Below are positions 38,855-48,413 of a stretch of DNA of 64,000 nt, in pieces; the stretch's first letter is position 1, and every line of letters starts with the position of its first letter. The DNA lies in contig DAOWKC010000002.1 in NCBI GenBank assembly GCA_030640025.1, positions 68,029 to 132,028 on the forward strand. Direction: 5' to 3'. A program made the translations under genes and the position numbers. Below the pieces are notes generated by a model. It was not told the DNA's origin. It saw nothing but the letters and a program-made list of their open reading frames with translations, and did not search any database. The stretch comes from Candidatus Woesearchaeota archaeon. GTDB lineage: Archaea > Nanobdellota > Nanobdellia > Woesearchaeales > JAGLXL01.

Positions 38855-39772
38855 ATGAAAAAAATTATTTTAGGTTTGGTTTTGATTGTGGTTTTATTTT
38901 TAGCTGGCTGTGGTGATGATGATGAAGGAGGCGCCCAAGTAGGTTCTGTTTTTGAAGGCGGTTCTCAAGGCATAGTGGCAAGTTTTGAGCCTTTTGGGAT
39001 CCAAGAAGAAGGTGTTTATGTAATTTATGACACTGAGAATTTTCCAATTGAAGTGAATGTCAAAAATAAAGGGGAAGAAGATATTGCAGCAGGTGATTTG
39101 GTGGTTAAGTTGAAAGGGATTAACTTAAATGATTTTGAAAACATTCCAGCAGCAATAAAAAGTAATGAAAGAATGATTGAAAAGGTCTCTGAATTTAATA
39201 GAGAAGGTGGTGAAGAGATTATTGATTTTACTCCGCTTTCTGAAGCTGCTAAGTACAAGCACTCAATCACTGGATTTTATCAGCCAGATATTTTTGCAAC
39301 AATTGAGTACAAGTATAAAACAAGAGTAATTGTGCCTAAGGTTTGTTTTAAAGAAGATTTAAATGATGAAAGTGTTTGTGATGTTAAGGAGAGCAAGGAT
39401 GTTTTTGTTTCTGGCGCACCAATTTTAGTCAAGTCAGTAAAAGAAGATTCAGCAGGCAGAGGTGTGATGATCTTGACATTTGAAATTGAAAATGCTGGCG
39501 GCGGCAAAGTAACTAAAGTTGGTGAAGCATTTGACTTGAGATATGGACAGCTGGCCTTTAACATGAAAACTGACCCGGGAATGTGGGAATGCAGAAGTGC
39601 AGGCAAAATAAATGAAGCAAGATTAATTGACGGGAAAGCAACAGTGATTTGTAGATTAAAAGAAGCGCTGCCAGCTGGAACTTTGTATACCAAGCAAATT
39701 GAGTTGGAATTAAGTTATGTTTATCGATCAGTAATGTCAGAAAGTATAAGAATTAAGGAGAGTTTGAGTTAA
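38855..39772 (+). CDS. putative lipoprotein, paralog 3
   Basis: Lipobox FLAGC; YKY..VCF..SGAPI..NAGGG..YVY. Confidence 0.8.
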   Translation: MKKIILGLVLIVVLFLAGCGDDDEGGAQVGSVFEGGSQGIVASFEPFGIQEEGVYVIYDTENFPIEVNVKNKGEEDIAAGDLVVKLKGINLNDFENIPAAIKSNERMIEKVSEFNREGGEEIIDFTPLSEAAKYKHSITGFYQPDIFATIEYKYKTRVIVPKVCFKEDLNDESVCDVKESKDVFVSGAPILVKSVKEDSAGRGVMILTFEIENAGGGKVTKVGEAFDLRYGQLAFNMKTDPGMWECRSAGKINEARLIDGKATVICRLKEALPAGTLYTKQIELELSYVYRSVMSESIRIKESLS

Positions 39773-42638
39773 GAACAAAAGCAAGGAAAGCTTCGAGTTG
39801 GACAAATTCGTCTGAGCCTTCCACCATTCTAAATTCTATTTCACCACAGTGAGTTATAAGCTTGACTTTTAATTGGTCTGGTATTTCGAGATTCCAGATT
39901 TCTCTTTGGATTTGTTTGATGATGTCGAGGCCAGAGAGGCCGTGCTGGAGCATAGTGTCAATGAGTTTGTTTCGTGAAGGGATAAATTGTTGATTTAAAG
40001 CGAGGTTAAGGACTTCTTTGATTTCTTTGGGCTTGGCAGCAGAAACCATAGAATAAATGTCCTCTGGGGCGATAGACTCTCCTTTTGGTTTTACAGCAAA
40101 GCAGCTTTGCATAATATTTGTTAATTTCCGACAATCTCCATTAGAAACTTCAATTAATGCTTTTTTGACGTGAGGAAGAACAGACTGTTGAAATTCTCCC
40201 CCTTCTTCCTTGGCAATTTTTTCAATCACTTTAGAAATATCTTCTTCTTTAAGCGGTTTAAAATGAAAAACTGCACAACGAGATTGAATAGGATCGATTA
40301 TTTTGGATGAGTAATTACAATTATGAGAAACGAAACCATTGGTGATAAAATTATGGTCTTTTTGGCAGGTTATGTCCATAACCAATTCTTCATCAACTTC
40401 TTTTATTTCATCGATTTCATTGATGAAGAGGGTGCTGTTGAATTTATAATTTTTGATCCACTCATCAAAAATGATAAATTTACTTCTAGGAAGATGGACA
40501 TCTTTTCCTTTTCTTTGGTTGGCAACAAAATCAAGGGTAACATCATATTCTTTAGCAATCACCCCGATTGATTTGCCAGAATTTGTTTGAGTAAGTATTA
40601 ATTTTGATTTTTCCTTCCAAGAATTGATTAAATGGTATTTATGACGCAAATATTCTGCTGATAACTTTGCTAATCTTATTTTGTATGTTTCATAAGCATA
40701 TCCTATTTGAGAAAAAAACTTGAAGAGGTTATGATTATTGGGTTTTATTACTAAGCCAAAAGTTAATACTGGAATATTGTCTCTTTTTCTTATTTCTTTT
40801 CTGTCGATGATTTTGATGTAAGTTTCTACTTCGAACTCTTCAAACAGATTAGAAAGTTCTTGATAAAAATTAATCATTGATATTTTGAGATAAATTGATT
40901 TATTTTGTCTAAGTAGAATTGCCTCAAAATTCATTTTTTTACAATGGGGTTTATCAGCATCACAACCAAACAAAGCTCTTAAGAATTCTCGTTTGACGAA
41001 TTTTGTGCCTTTTTTAATAAACTCCGGTACAGTATAGGGAGTTATTGTTTTATCTCCTTTTGGGATACCAAAAAATTGCAAAAGTAATGACAAAGGTCTG
41101 GAATCAAGCGTAAACGAGGTTGTTGTTCCTACAAATTCTCTTCCTCGGATTATATTTTTTAAAGTGACTGACTTAATTTTTGAGTAATTGGAGTGCTTTA
41201 AAATGTCTAAGTCTTTCATTACTTCTTTTAATGCTTCTCGATTACCAGAAAAATGAAGCCTGATGCTATTACGGACGAGATGGCCATCTCCTAACATAAA
41301 ACCACAGATTCTTGTCAAAGCTCCAATTTTTTCAATATCATTGAAAGTTATATCTAACAATTCTTTTCTTTTAAGTTCGCCAAGAACTCTGTCAATTCGG
41401 CCTCTAAAAATTGTTGAATCAATTGATTCCCTAACAGCTGAATAGGATATTTTGAGATTAAATTCTTTTTCTATGATTTTTCTGATATCCATATCATTTC
41501 TGAGAGTTATTGGCTCTGAATTAGTGATTAAAAAAGAGTGGGTTTTTTTGTTGATAATTCTTTTGATATAACCTTTTTTCACTAAAGAAAGAAGGAGGTA
41601 ATTTGTTCCCATACGAGTGAGACATAATTTTTCTTGTAATTTTTTTCTTGTGATTTGGTGGTTTTGTTTGATTAAGTTATAGAGTTCAAACTCTCTTTCT
41701 GTCAGCCCCTTATCTTCTTTTATTATCTTTCTTAATTCTTCTATTTTTTGAATGATTTTTTCTTTTTCAGTTGATTTAAGTCTTCTAAACCTTGAAGCCG
41801 TTTCAATTGTTTCTAAACCATCCTGCTCTTCCGTGGTAGAAAGGAATTTTATAAATTTATCAAGATCAATAATTTTGTTAGAATTGTCTTCAACTGGTGT
41901 TCCTTCAAGATGTGGATGGATCAATAAGTTATCTTCTTTTGTTATCTTACCTGCCTCTTTCCAACCATCGATTGTCAGAAGTTGGTGGTCGTCTGTGACT
42001 TTAATCTTCTTTCCAGTCATGGTAGTTATTTCAAGTACTTTTTTGCCAATTAATCTAGGGGGGAGTTTAACGGCAGCTAAAACAAGGTCTTTTTTAGTTG
42101 AATCTCTATTTTTTGAAATATTTTGGATGTGTATTTGCCCGGTTTTATGTTCATATTGATCAATAAATTTTTCTATCATAATCTCTCTTTCTTGTGGTAA
42201 AAGAATTTTTGTATCAGGAGTAACACAGGCCAGAACAAAACGGCAGGTTTTGGTGTAATTTTCCATAGTTCTTCTTAGAGCCTGCTGAGCTTCTTTGGTT
42301 AAGGCGTCTGATTCGTCCAAGTAAATGATTTTGAAAGGGACGTCTCCAATGGCTTTGGTGCGGGCAAAGTCTTTGACTTTGTTTCTGACTATATCGATGC
42401 CGCGTTCGTCAGAAGCATTTAATTCAAGAAAGTTTTGATGCCAGCTACCTTGGAAAAGCTGCTTGGCAATGACTAAGGCTAAGGAGGTTTTACCAACTCC
42501 AGCCGGTCCTGAGAAAAGAAGATGAGGCATATTTTTTTGCTGGACAAAGGCTTCTATTCGTTTAACTATTTCATTCTGGCCATAAACATCTGAGAAATTT
42601 TCAGGCCTGTACTTTTCAGTCCACATTGCAGGGGTCAT
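39753..42638 (-). CDS. rfcS: replication factor C small subunit (intein-containing)
   Basis: WTEKYRP, GPAGVGKT, ELNASDERG, DESD, IQSRC. Confidence 0.97.
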   Translation of the reverse strand: MTPAMWTEKYRPENFSDVYGQNEIVKRIEAFVQQKNMPHLLFSGPAGVGKTSLALVIAKQLFQGSWHQNFLELNASDERGIDIVRNKVKDFARTKAIGDVPFKIIYLDESDALTKEAQQALRRTMENYTKTCRFVLACVTPDTKILLPQEREIMIEKFIDQYEHKTGQIHIQNISKNRDSTKKDLVLAAVKLPPRLIGKKVLEITTMTGKKIKVTDDHQLLTIDGWKEAGKITKEDNLLIHPHLEGTPVEDNSNKIIDLDKFIKFLSTTEEQDGLETIETASRFRRLKSTEKEKIIQKIEELRKIIKEDKGLTEREFELYNLIKQNHQITRKKLQEKLCLTRMGTNYLLLSLVKKGYIKRIINKKTHSFLITNSEPITLRNDMDIRKIIEKEFNLKISYSAVRESIDSTIFRGRIDRVLGELKRKELLDITFNDIEKIGALTRICGFMLGDGHLVRNSIRLHFSGNREALKEVMKDLDILKHSNYSKIKSVTLKNIIRGREFVGTTTSFTLDSRPLSLLLQFFGIPKGDKTITPYTVPEFIKKGTKFVKREFLRALFGCDADKPHCKKMNFEAILLRQNKSIYLKISMINFYQELSNLFEEFEVETYIKIIDRKEIRKRDNIPVLTFGLVIKPNNHNLFKFFSQIGYAYETYKIRLAKLSAEYLRHKYHLINSWKEKSKLILTQTNSGKSIGVIAKEYDVTLDFVANQRKGKDVHLPRSKFIIFDEWIKNYKFNSTLFINEIDEIKEVDEELVMDITCQKDHNFITNGFVSHNCNYSSKIIDPIQSRCAVFHFKPLKEEDISKVIEKIAKEEGGEFQQSVLPHVKKALIEVSNGDCRKLTNIMQSCFAVKPKGESIAPEDIYSMVSAAKPKEIKEVLNLALNQQFIPSRNKLIDTMLQHGLSGLDIIKQIQREIWNLEIPDQLKVKLITHCGEIEFRMVEGSDEFVQLEAFLAFVLNSNSP
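40320..42227 (-). mobile_element. intein (636 aa) with LAGLIDADG homing endonuclease in RFC-S
   Basis: RFVLA|CVTPDT...VTDDH...GFMLGDG...RALFGCD...FVSHN|CNYSSK; removal gives a 325-aa RFC. Confidence 0.95.
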
Positions 42639-42678
42639 GCTAATTCAGAACAGCGGGTCATATAAATAGTTTATTGAA

Positions 42679-42945
42679 TTACACAATATCTTCTTCAGAA
42701 ACGACCATATAGTCGCCAATAGCAATTACTGCTGAAAAAGGTATGAGAATGTTGTTTTCTTTGTCTTTTTCGAGTTCTAGTTTTTCAGTGTAAGATGTTG
42801 GGCTTTTTAGAACTAAATGGATTAATTCTCCAGAACGAACTTCAAAAATAATATCTCCGACTTCACCGAAGCGTTTCCCTGTTTTGCTCACTACTGTTTT
42901 GCCGACCAAATCTTTGGAAAATTTTTTTTCTTTATCTTCAGCCAT
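42679..42945 (-). CDS. PRC-barrel domain protein (CdpB-like)
   Basis: LVGKTVVSKTGKRFGEVGD...IPFSAVIAIGDYMVV. Confidence 0.88.
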   Translation of the reverse strand: MAEDKEKKFSKDLVGKTVVSKTGKRFGEVGDIIFEVRSGELIHLVLKSPTSYTEKLELEKDKENNILIPFSAVIAIGDYMVVSEEDIV

Positions 42946-43063
42946 GATAAACCCCTCTATTTTCTTATGTTTAATTAATAGGGGGGTGATATATAAAGTT
43001 TTCTGTGGGGGTTTATCTATTTAAAAAGAAAGTTTTATTAAGAGGATTTTGTTATTTGACTAT

Positions 43064-43645
43064 ATGGCAAAGAAAGCAAAGAAAAAGGCTAAGAAAGTTG
43101 AGAAGAAAGTGATAAAGAAGAAAGTTAAGGGAGTTTTAGATAGAGACAGAATTATTACTGAAGACAGTGATGCGGCTCGCGAGTTTTATGCTCAAAGCAG
43201 GTTTGGCAGTATTTTAGAAGGAGAAGGAAAAGTACAGCTTTCTTTACTTGAAGGACTTTTTTTGTTTGAAGCTGGAAAGCTTGAGATTAAATCTAGTAAT
43301 GGTAGGAAATTGTCTTATGAAAGTTTTTTGAAGAAAGCTAAAAAAGTGGCGCCTAATTTTTGGGTCAGGTATTGTGTTTTTAAGGATATTAGGAATCGTG
43401 GGTATATTATTAAGACAGCTTTGAAGTTTGGAGCTGATTTTAGGGTTTATGATCGGGGGGTTAAGCCAGGTGAAGATCATGCCAGGTGGGTGATTTATCC
43501 GGTGCATGAAAGCGAGTATTTGACTTGGTATGAGTTTGCAGCTAAGAACAGGGTGGCCCATAGTACTCGTAAAAGGTTATTAATTGGAATTGTTGATGAT
43601 GAAGGCGACGTGACCTATTACGAAATTAGATGGATGCGACCATAA
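43064..43645 (+). CDS. endA: tRNA splicing endonuclease (single catalytic unit)
   Basis: LSLLEG, KFGADFRVY, EDHA, RVAHSTRK (Tyr/His/Lys triad). Confidence 0.95.
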   Translation: MAKKAKKKAKKVEKKVIKKKVKGVLDRDRIITEDSDAAREFYAQSRFGSILEGEGKVQLSLLEGLFLFEAGKLEIKSSNGRKLSYESFLKKAKKVAPNFWVRYCVFKDIRNRGYIIKTALKFGADFRVYDRGVKPGEDHARWVIYPVHESEYLTWYEFAAKNRVAHSTRKRLLIGIVDDEGDVTYYEIRWMRP

Positions 43646-43677
43646 ACTATTTATATCTGCTTTGTTGCTGAATTCTT

Positions 43678-44652
43678 ATGTCGAGAGAAGATAGGATTAT
43701 AGAGTTCATGCGCAGAGAAGGACCATTGTTGCCGAATAAACTGGCTCGATTTCTTGGGACAGATTTGATTATTGCAGGAGCTCACCTATCTGAATTGTCA
43801 GCTAATAAGAAAGTTAAAGTGACTAATTTAAAGATTGGTGGGGGGAGTCCGATTTATTATCTGCCAGGGCAGGAAGAGAAATTATTAATGTTTTATGATG
43901 AGTTGAATGGCAAAGATAAAGTTAGTTTTGATTTGTTGAAAGGGGAGAAAGTATTGTGTGATAAGGATTTGGATCCTTTGACTCGGGTTTCTTTGAGAAA
44001 TATCAAGGATTTTGCCAAACCACTTGAAGTTAATTTGAATGGCGGCAAGGAAATATTTTGGAAATGGTATTTGATTAAGAATGAGGAAGCTGGTGTTTTG
44101 ATTAAGGAATTGTTGAAACCCAAACCAGAACCAGTTAAGGAAGAGCCGAAGCTTGAGGAGAAAAAACCGGAACCGAAACCTGTTAAAGAAATACCTAAGA
44201 TTGAAAAACCTAAACCAGTAGTAAAAGAAAAACCAGTTCAAAAAGAAATTAAAAAAGAAGAGCCTTCGCCAAAACCAGTAGAAAAACAGATTGTTCTAGA
44301 AAAACTAGAGATTAGGCCAAAACCAAAAAAAGAAATCCAGAGTGATTTTTTTGAGAAAGTTAAGAATTATCTGGATTTGAAAAATATTAAAATTGTGGAG
44401 CATGAAGTATTGAGGAAGACTGAAATTAATTTGATTTTAAGTGTGCCGACGGCAATTGGTGAGATTTTGTATTACGGGAAAGCAAAGGCTAAGAAAAAAT
44501 GTAATGACAAAGATGTTTCATCTGCTTTTTTAGAAGGCCAGATGAAAAAACTGCCGGCTTTATTTTTGTACAGTGGAGAGATGACCAAGAAAGCTGAAGA
44601 GATGTTAGGACAAGATATATTTAAAAACTTAATTCTTTTACACCTTGACTAA
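43678..44652 (+). CDS. hypothetical protein: N-terminal wHTH-like domain, Pro/Lys/Glu linker, C-terminal alpha/beta domain
   Basis: GPLLP..LA..GAHLSEL..GGSPIYY; KPEP repeats. Confidence 0.75.
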   Translation: MSREDRIIEFMRREGPLLPNKLARFLGTDLIIAGAHLSELSANKKVKVTNLKIGGGSPIYYLPGQEEKLLMFYDELNGKDKVSFDLLKGEKVLCDKDLDPLTRVSLRNIKDFAKPLEVNLNGGKEIFWKWYLIKNEEAGVLIKELLKPKPEPVKEEPKLEEKKPEPKPVKEIPKIEKPKPVVKEKPVQKEIKKEEPSPKPVEKQIVLEKLEIRPKPKKEIQSDFFEKVKNYLDLKNIKIVEHEVLRKTEINLILSVPTAIGEILYYGKAKAKKKCNDKDVSSAFLEGQMKKLPALFLYSGEMTKKAEEMLGQDIFKNLILLHLD

Positions 44653-45683
44653 TGGGAATTAAATTAAAGGATTTGGCAACGATTGAAGAGATTAGTTTAG
44701 ATAAATTAAAAGGTAAGGTATTAGCAGTTGATACCCATAATATTTTGTATCAGTTTTTGACAACGATTAGGCAGAGGGATGGAAGTTTGTTGATTGATAG
44801 TAAAGGCAGGGTGACTTCTCATTTGAATGGTTTATTTTATCGGACGACTAGGTTGATGCAGCAAGGATTGAAACTGGCTTTTATTTTTGACGGCAAACCA
44901 CCAGAGATCAAGAGTCAAGAGTTGGAGAAAAGAAAGGTACGTAAGATTGAGGCTAAGGCTAAGTTTGAAGCGGCTAAAGAGAGGGGAGAAGAAGCAGAGA
45001 TGAGAAAGTATGCAGCTAGGACAACTAGGTTGACGCAAGAAATGATTGATGAAAGCAAGAAATTGTTGAAGATTTTAGGATTGCCAGTGATTCAAGCACC
45101 TTCTGAAGGTGAGGCACAAGCCGGGCAGATGGTTAAAGATGGTAAAGCGTGGGCGGTTGTTTCCCAAGATTTTGATAATTTATTGTTTGGCTGTCCTCGG
45201 GTTGTTAGGAATCTGTCTGTTGAAGGCAGGAAGAAGAAAATTGGGTCTTTAGGATGGCAGGTGGTGAAGCCAGAATTGATTTCACTTTCTGAGACATTGA
45301 ATAATTTGGGAATCGACCAAGAACAGTTAATTGTTTTGGGAATTTTGGTTGGTACGGATTATAATGTTGGAGGAGTGCCCGGGATTGGACCTAAGAAAGC
45401 GTTGAAGCTAGTGAAGGAAGTTAAGGATTTTGATGAGATTTTTGAAAAGGTAGAGTGGAGCAAGTATTTTAAGGTTGAATGGAAAGAAATTTTTTATACG
45501 ATTAAAAAGATGCCTGTTTCAAAAGATTATTCTTTGAAATGGGGAAAAGTTGATGTTGAGAAATTACGGGCGTTTTTAGTAGATGATTATGAATTTTCTG
45601 GAGAACGAGTTGACAATCAGATTAAGAACTGGCTGAAAGAAAAAGAAGGCCAGAAACAGAAAGGGTTAGGAGAATGGGCTTAG
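44652..45683 (+). CDS. fen: flap endonuclease 1
   Basis: YQFL, APSEGEAQA, GTDYN, GIGPKKA, PIP box QKGLGEW. Confidence 0.97.
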   Translation: MGIKLKDLATIEEISLDKLKGKVLAVDTHNILYQFLTTIRQRDGSLLIDSKGRVTSHLNGLFYRTTRLMQQGLKLAFIFDGKPPEIKSQELEKRKVRKIEAKAKFEAAKERGEEAEMRKYAARTTRLTQEMIDESKKLLKILGLPVIQAPSEGEAQAGQMVKDGKAWAVVSQDFDNLLFGCPRVVRNLSVEGRKKKIGSLGWQVVKPELISLSETLNNLGIDQEQLIVLGILVGTDYNVGGVPGIGPKKALKLVKEVKDFDEIFEKVEWSKYFKVEWKEIFYTIKKMPVSKDYSLKWGKVDVEKLRAFLVDDYEFSGERVDNQIKNWLKEKEGQKQKGLGEWA

Positions 45684-46684
45684 TTGTTAAAGTCAAGGTC
45701 GAGGAAGCAGAGAAAGTTAGGAATTATTTGAAGGGGAAAGGATGGTTAGATACTGATTATAAAATTGAGAAAGAAAGTAATTTTATTTTTATTCCAGTAA
45801 CAGAAAAATTAAAAAAATATAAAGTTATGGAAAGAAAATTAAAGAAAACAAAAAGAGAAAAAACAATTGTTGAGATGTTGAAAGGGAAGTTGAATTCTTC
45901 AGAATTGAATTTATTACCGCGGACTTTTGAAGAAGTGGGCGATATTTTAGTTTTAGAGTTAGAGAGAGGGTTGGAGAAAAAGAAAAAGGTAATTGGAGGG
46001 GCTTATTTGAAGAAGTATAAACAAATTAAAACTGTTTTGAAGAAGAAAGTTGAGCATTCTGGTGAATATCGATTGCGGAAATTAGAATGGTTGGCAGGGG
46101 AAAAGAAAAAAGAAACTTTGTACAAGGAAAATGGGGTTTCTTTAAAAGTTAATTTAGAAAAAGTCTATTTTAGTTCTAAGTCAGCTGGTGAGAGATTAAG
46201 AATTGCTAAATTGGTTAAAGATGGTGAAGAAGTTTTAGTGATGTTTAGTGGGTGTGCGCCTTTTCCTTTGGTAATTGCCAGGAATAGTTCTGTAAAGGAA
46301 GTTGTAGGTGTGGAGTTAAATCCTGATGGTCATAAATCAGGAGAGGAAAATGTGAAATTAAATCGGCTTTGGGGTCGGGTAAAGTTGTACCAAGGGGATG
46401 TAAGGAAGGTTGTGCCTAAATTGAAAAGGAAGTTTGATCGAGTAGTGATGCCGCTGCCTAAGACTGGAGAGAAGTTTTTAGATGTGGCTTTGAAAGTTGT
46501 TAAAGATAAAGGAATGGTGCATTTGTATGCATTCTTGGGTGAGGAGAATTTTGATTCGGATAGGAAGAAGGTTTTGGGGATTTGTAAGAAGTTGGGGAAA
46601 AAATGTAGAGTGGTTGATTTTAGAAAATGTGGGGCGTTTGCGCCAGGTGTTTTTAGAGTGGTTTATGATTTGAGAATTGGGTAA
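45674..46684 (+). CDS. trm5: Trm5/TYW2-family tRNA methyltransferase
   Basis: KENG, VYFS, MFSGCAPF, ELNP, FDRVVMPLP. Confidence 0.85.
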   Translation: MGLVVKVKVEEAEKVRNYLKGKGWLDTDYKIEKESNFIFIPVTEKLKKYKVMERKLKKTKREKTIVEMLKGKLNSSELNLLPRTFEEVGDILVLELERGLEKKKKVIGGAYLKKYKQIKTVLKKKVEHSGEYRLRKLEWLAGEKKKETLYKENGVSLKVNLEKVYFSSKSAGERLRIAKLVKDGEEVLVMFSGCAPFPLVIARNSSVKEVVGVELNPDGHKSGEENVKLNRLWGRVKLYQGDVRKVVPKLKRKFDRVVMPLPKTGEKFLDVALKVVKDKGMVHLYAFLGEENFDSDRKKVLGICKKLGKKCRVVDFRKCGAFAPGVFRVVYDLRIG

Positions 46685-46718
46685 AGTTTATATAGTGCTG
46701 AGCTAAATTTATTCTTAA

Positions 46719-46788
46719 GTGCAACACGCGATGACTGAGTGAACACCAGACCCAAGATGGGATACGGATGTAACTGCTGAGCGTGCAC
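46719..46788 (+). ncRNA. candidate C/D-box (K-turn) small RNA
   Basis: TATA TTTATATA ~46687; terminal stem CACGC/GCGTG; C box GCGATGA; D box CTGA; D'-like CAGA; GC-rich. Confidence 0.6.
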
Positions 46789-46806
46789 AAATTTTCTAGA
46801 AATATT

Positions 46807-47943
46807 TTATCCAAAGAAACTCATATCTTCTTCTAAGTCGTGTTTTTGTTTGACTTTGTCTATGGCTTTGAGGAGGTCTTGTTTTTTAATAGTGATGCGG
46901 TTTTCTCTGATGGCAAAATAGCCAGCTTCAGTGGCCACAGCCCGAATTTCTGCTCCTGCAAATTCATCCATGAGCTTGATGATTTTTTTCAAGTCAATGG
47001 ATTTGTTTAGTTTCATGGATTGGGTGTGGATCTTGAAGATTTCCAAGCGGCCTTGCTCGTTTGGGACATCAACATGGATTAATCTGTCGAGACGGCCGGG
47101 CCTGAGAATAGCTGGATCAAGGATGTCTTTCCTATTGGTGGCGCCGATGATTTTGACATTGCCTAAGGGTTTGAAGCCATCGAGTTCAGCCAGCAATTGC
47201 ATAAAAGTACGATTAACTTCTCTTTCACCAGAGGTGCCGATTTCCATTCTTTTACCAGCCAAAGCATCAAGTTCATCAATAAAAATAATAGCTGGTGCTT
47301 TTTTTCTAGCGAGTTCGAAAATTTCTTTGACTAGTTTAGCACCTTCACCAATAAACTTCTGGACAAGTTCTGAAGCAACAACTTCGATAAAGGTAGCATG
47401 AGTTGAATTAGCAACGGCTTTGGCCAACAATGTTTTACCTGTGCCGGGTGGTCCATGAAGCAAAATACCTTTAGGTGGTGTGATGCCAACTTTTTTGAAT
47501 AATTGTGGTTTTAACAAAGGAAGTTCGATGACTTCCTTGACTTCGAGAATAGTATCTTGGAGACCACCAACTTGTGACCAAGTTTGTTTTGGTTTTTCTA
47601 TGATAACATATTGTTCAACTGAGAATTTTTTAGTGAGGGGTGATTTTTTGATAATGTTAAGGTTTTTTTGTTCAACTAAAACCTGGTCGCCGGGTTTTAA
47701 AGGTTCGCAATCTGAGGCGATATTGCAAAGGAATTTATTGCCGTTAGGGATATTGATAATAGCTTGGTTTTTGTTGATAACAGAATGGACTTCACAAACC
47801 ATTAAAGAAGGTGTTTTTAATCGTTTGAGTTCTTCTTCTAAACGGTTGATATATTCTTTTAAAGTTTGGTTTTCATCTTCTGACTGGTTATTTTGGGTGG
47901 TGTATGAGAATAGTACTTTGTCGAGCTTGTTTTTAGTTGGCAT
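46807..47943 (-). CDS. pan: proteasome-activating nucleotidase
   Basis: Coiled coil-OB domain, GPPGTGKT, KFIGEGA, DELD, LRPGRLDR. Confidence 0.93.
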   Translation of the reverse strand: MPTKNKLDKVLFSYTTQNNQSEDENQTLKEYINRLEEELKRLKTPSLMVCEVHSVINKNQAIINIPNGNKFLCNIASDCEPLKPGDQVLVEQKNLNIIKKSPLTKKFSVEQYVIIEKPKQTWSQVGGLQDTILEVKEVIELPLLKPQLFKKVGITPPKGILLHGPPGTGKTLLAKAVANSTHATFIEVVASELVQKFIGEGAKLVKEIFELARKKAPAIIFIDELDALAGKRMEIGTSGEREVNRTFMQLLAELDGFKPLGNVKIIGATNRKDILDPAILRPGRLDRLIHVDVPNEQGRLEIFKIHTQSMKLNKSIDLKKIIKLMDEFAGAEIRAVATEAGYFAIRENRITIKKQDLLKAIDKVKQKHDLEEDMSFFG

Positions 47944-48064
47944 AAAGAGAAACGGTAATTAGTTATTTATAAGCTTTTGGGAAAATTGATTTTAAAAAGT
48001 TCCTATTTTTAAGCCTATTTTAATCTGTTCTTTTGATTGTTTATTTCATTTATTAAAAGAATAA

Positions 48065-48332
48065 TCACTTACTCAAGTCTTCGACTTCTTTATCTCCTAT
48101 CACGTCTGTGATAGATCTTTTTTTATCTCCTAACTCTATCCAAACTATTTCAGATTCCTTTGGAAAGCAAGGTTTTCCTATGTATTGTCCAGGTTTATAA
48201 GTTTCACAATTTTCAAGAACTTCCTCTGGAATTCCATCAGACCAACTATATCTATTTTCCATATTAAATCCATCTCTCTTATTTTCCTACTTTAATATTT
48301 CTTGGTATGGTTTCTCTATCTAAATCAGCCAT
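48065..48332 (-). pseudogene. small gene apparently split by a 1-nt frameshift near 48283
   Basis: TATA-preceded ATG at 48332 gives 17 aa; removing one A joins it to the 65-aa ORF (88 aa). Confidence 0.45.
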
Positions 48333-48413
48333 AATAAATCCGTATGGGTGGGGATATAAAAAGTTTTTGTTTTTAGCATATAAACACCCTTTCATTCCTC
48401 ACAGTCATTGAGA

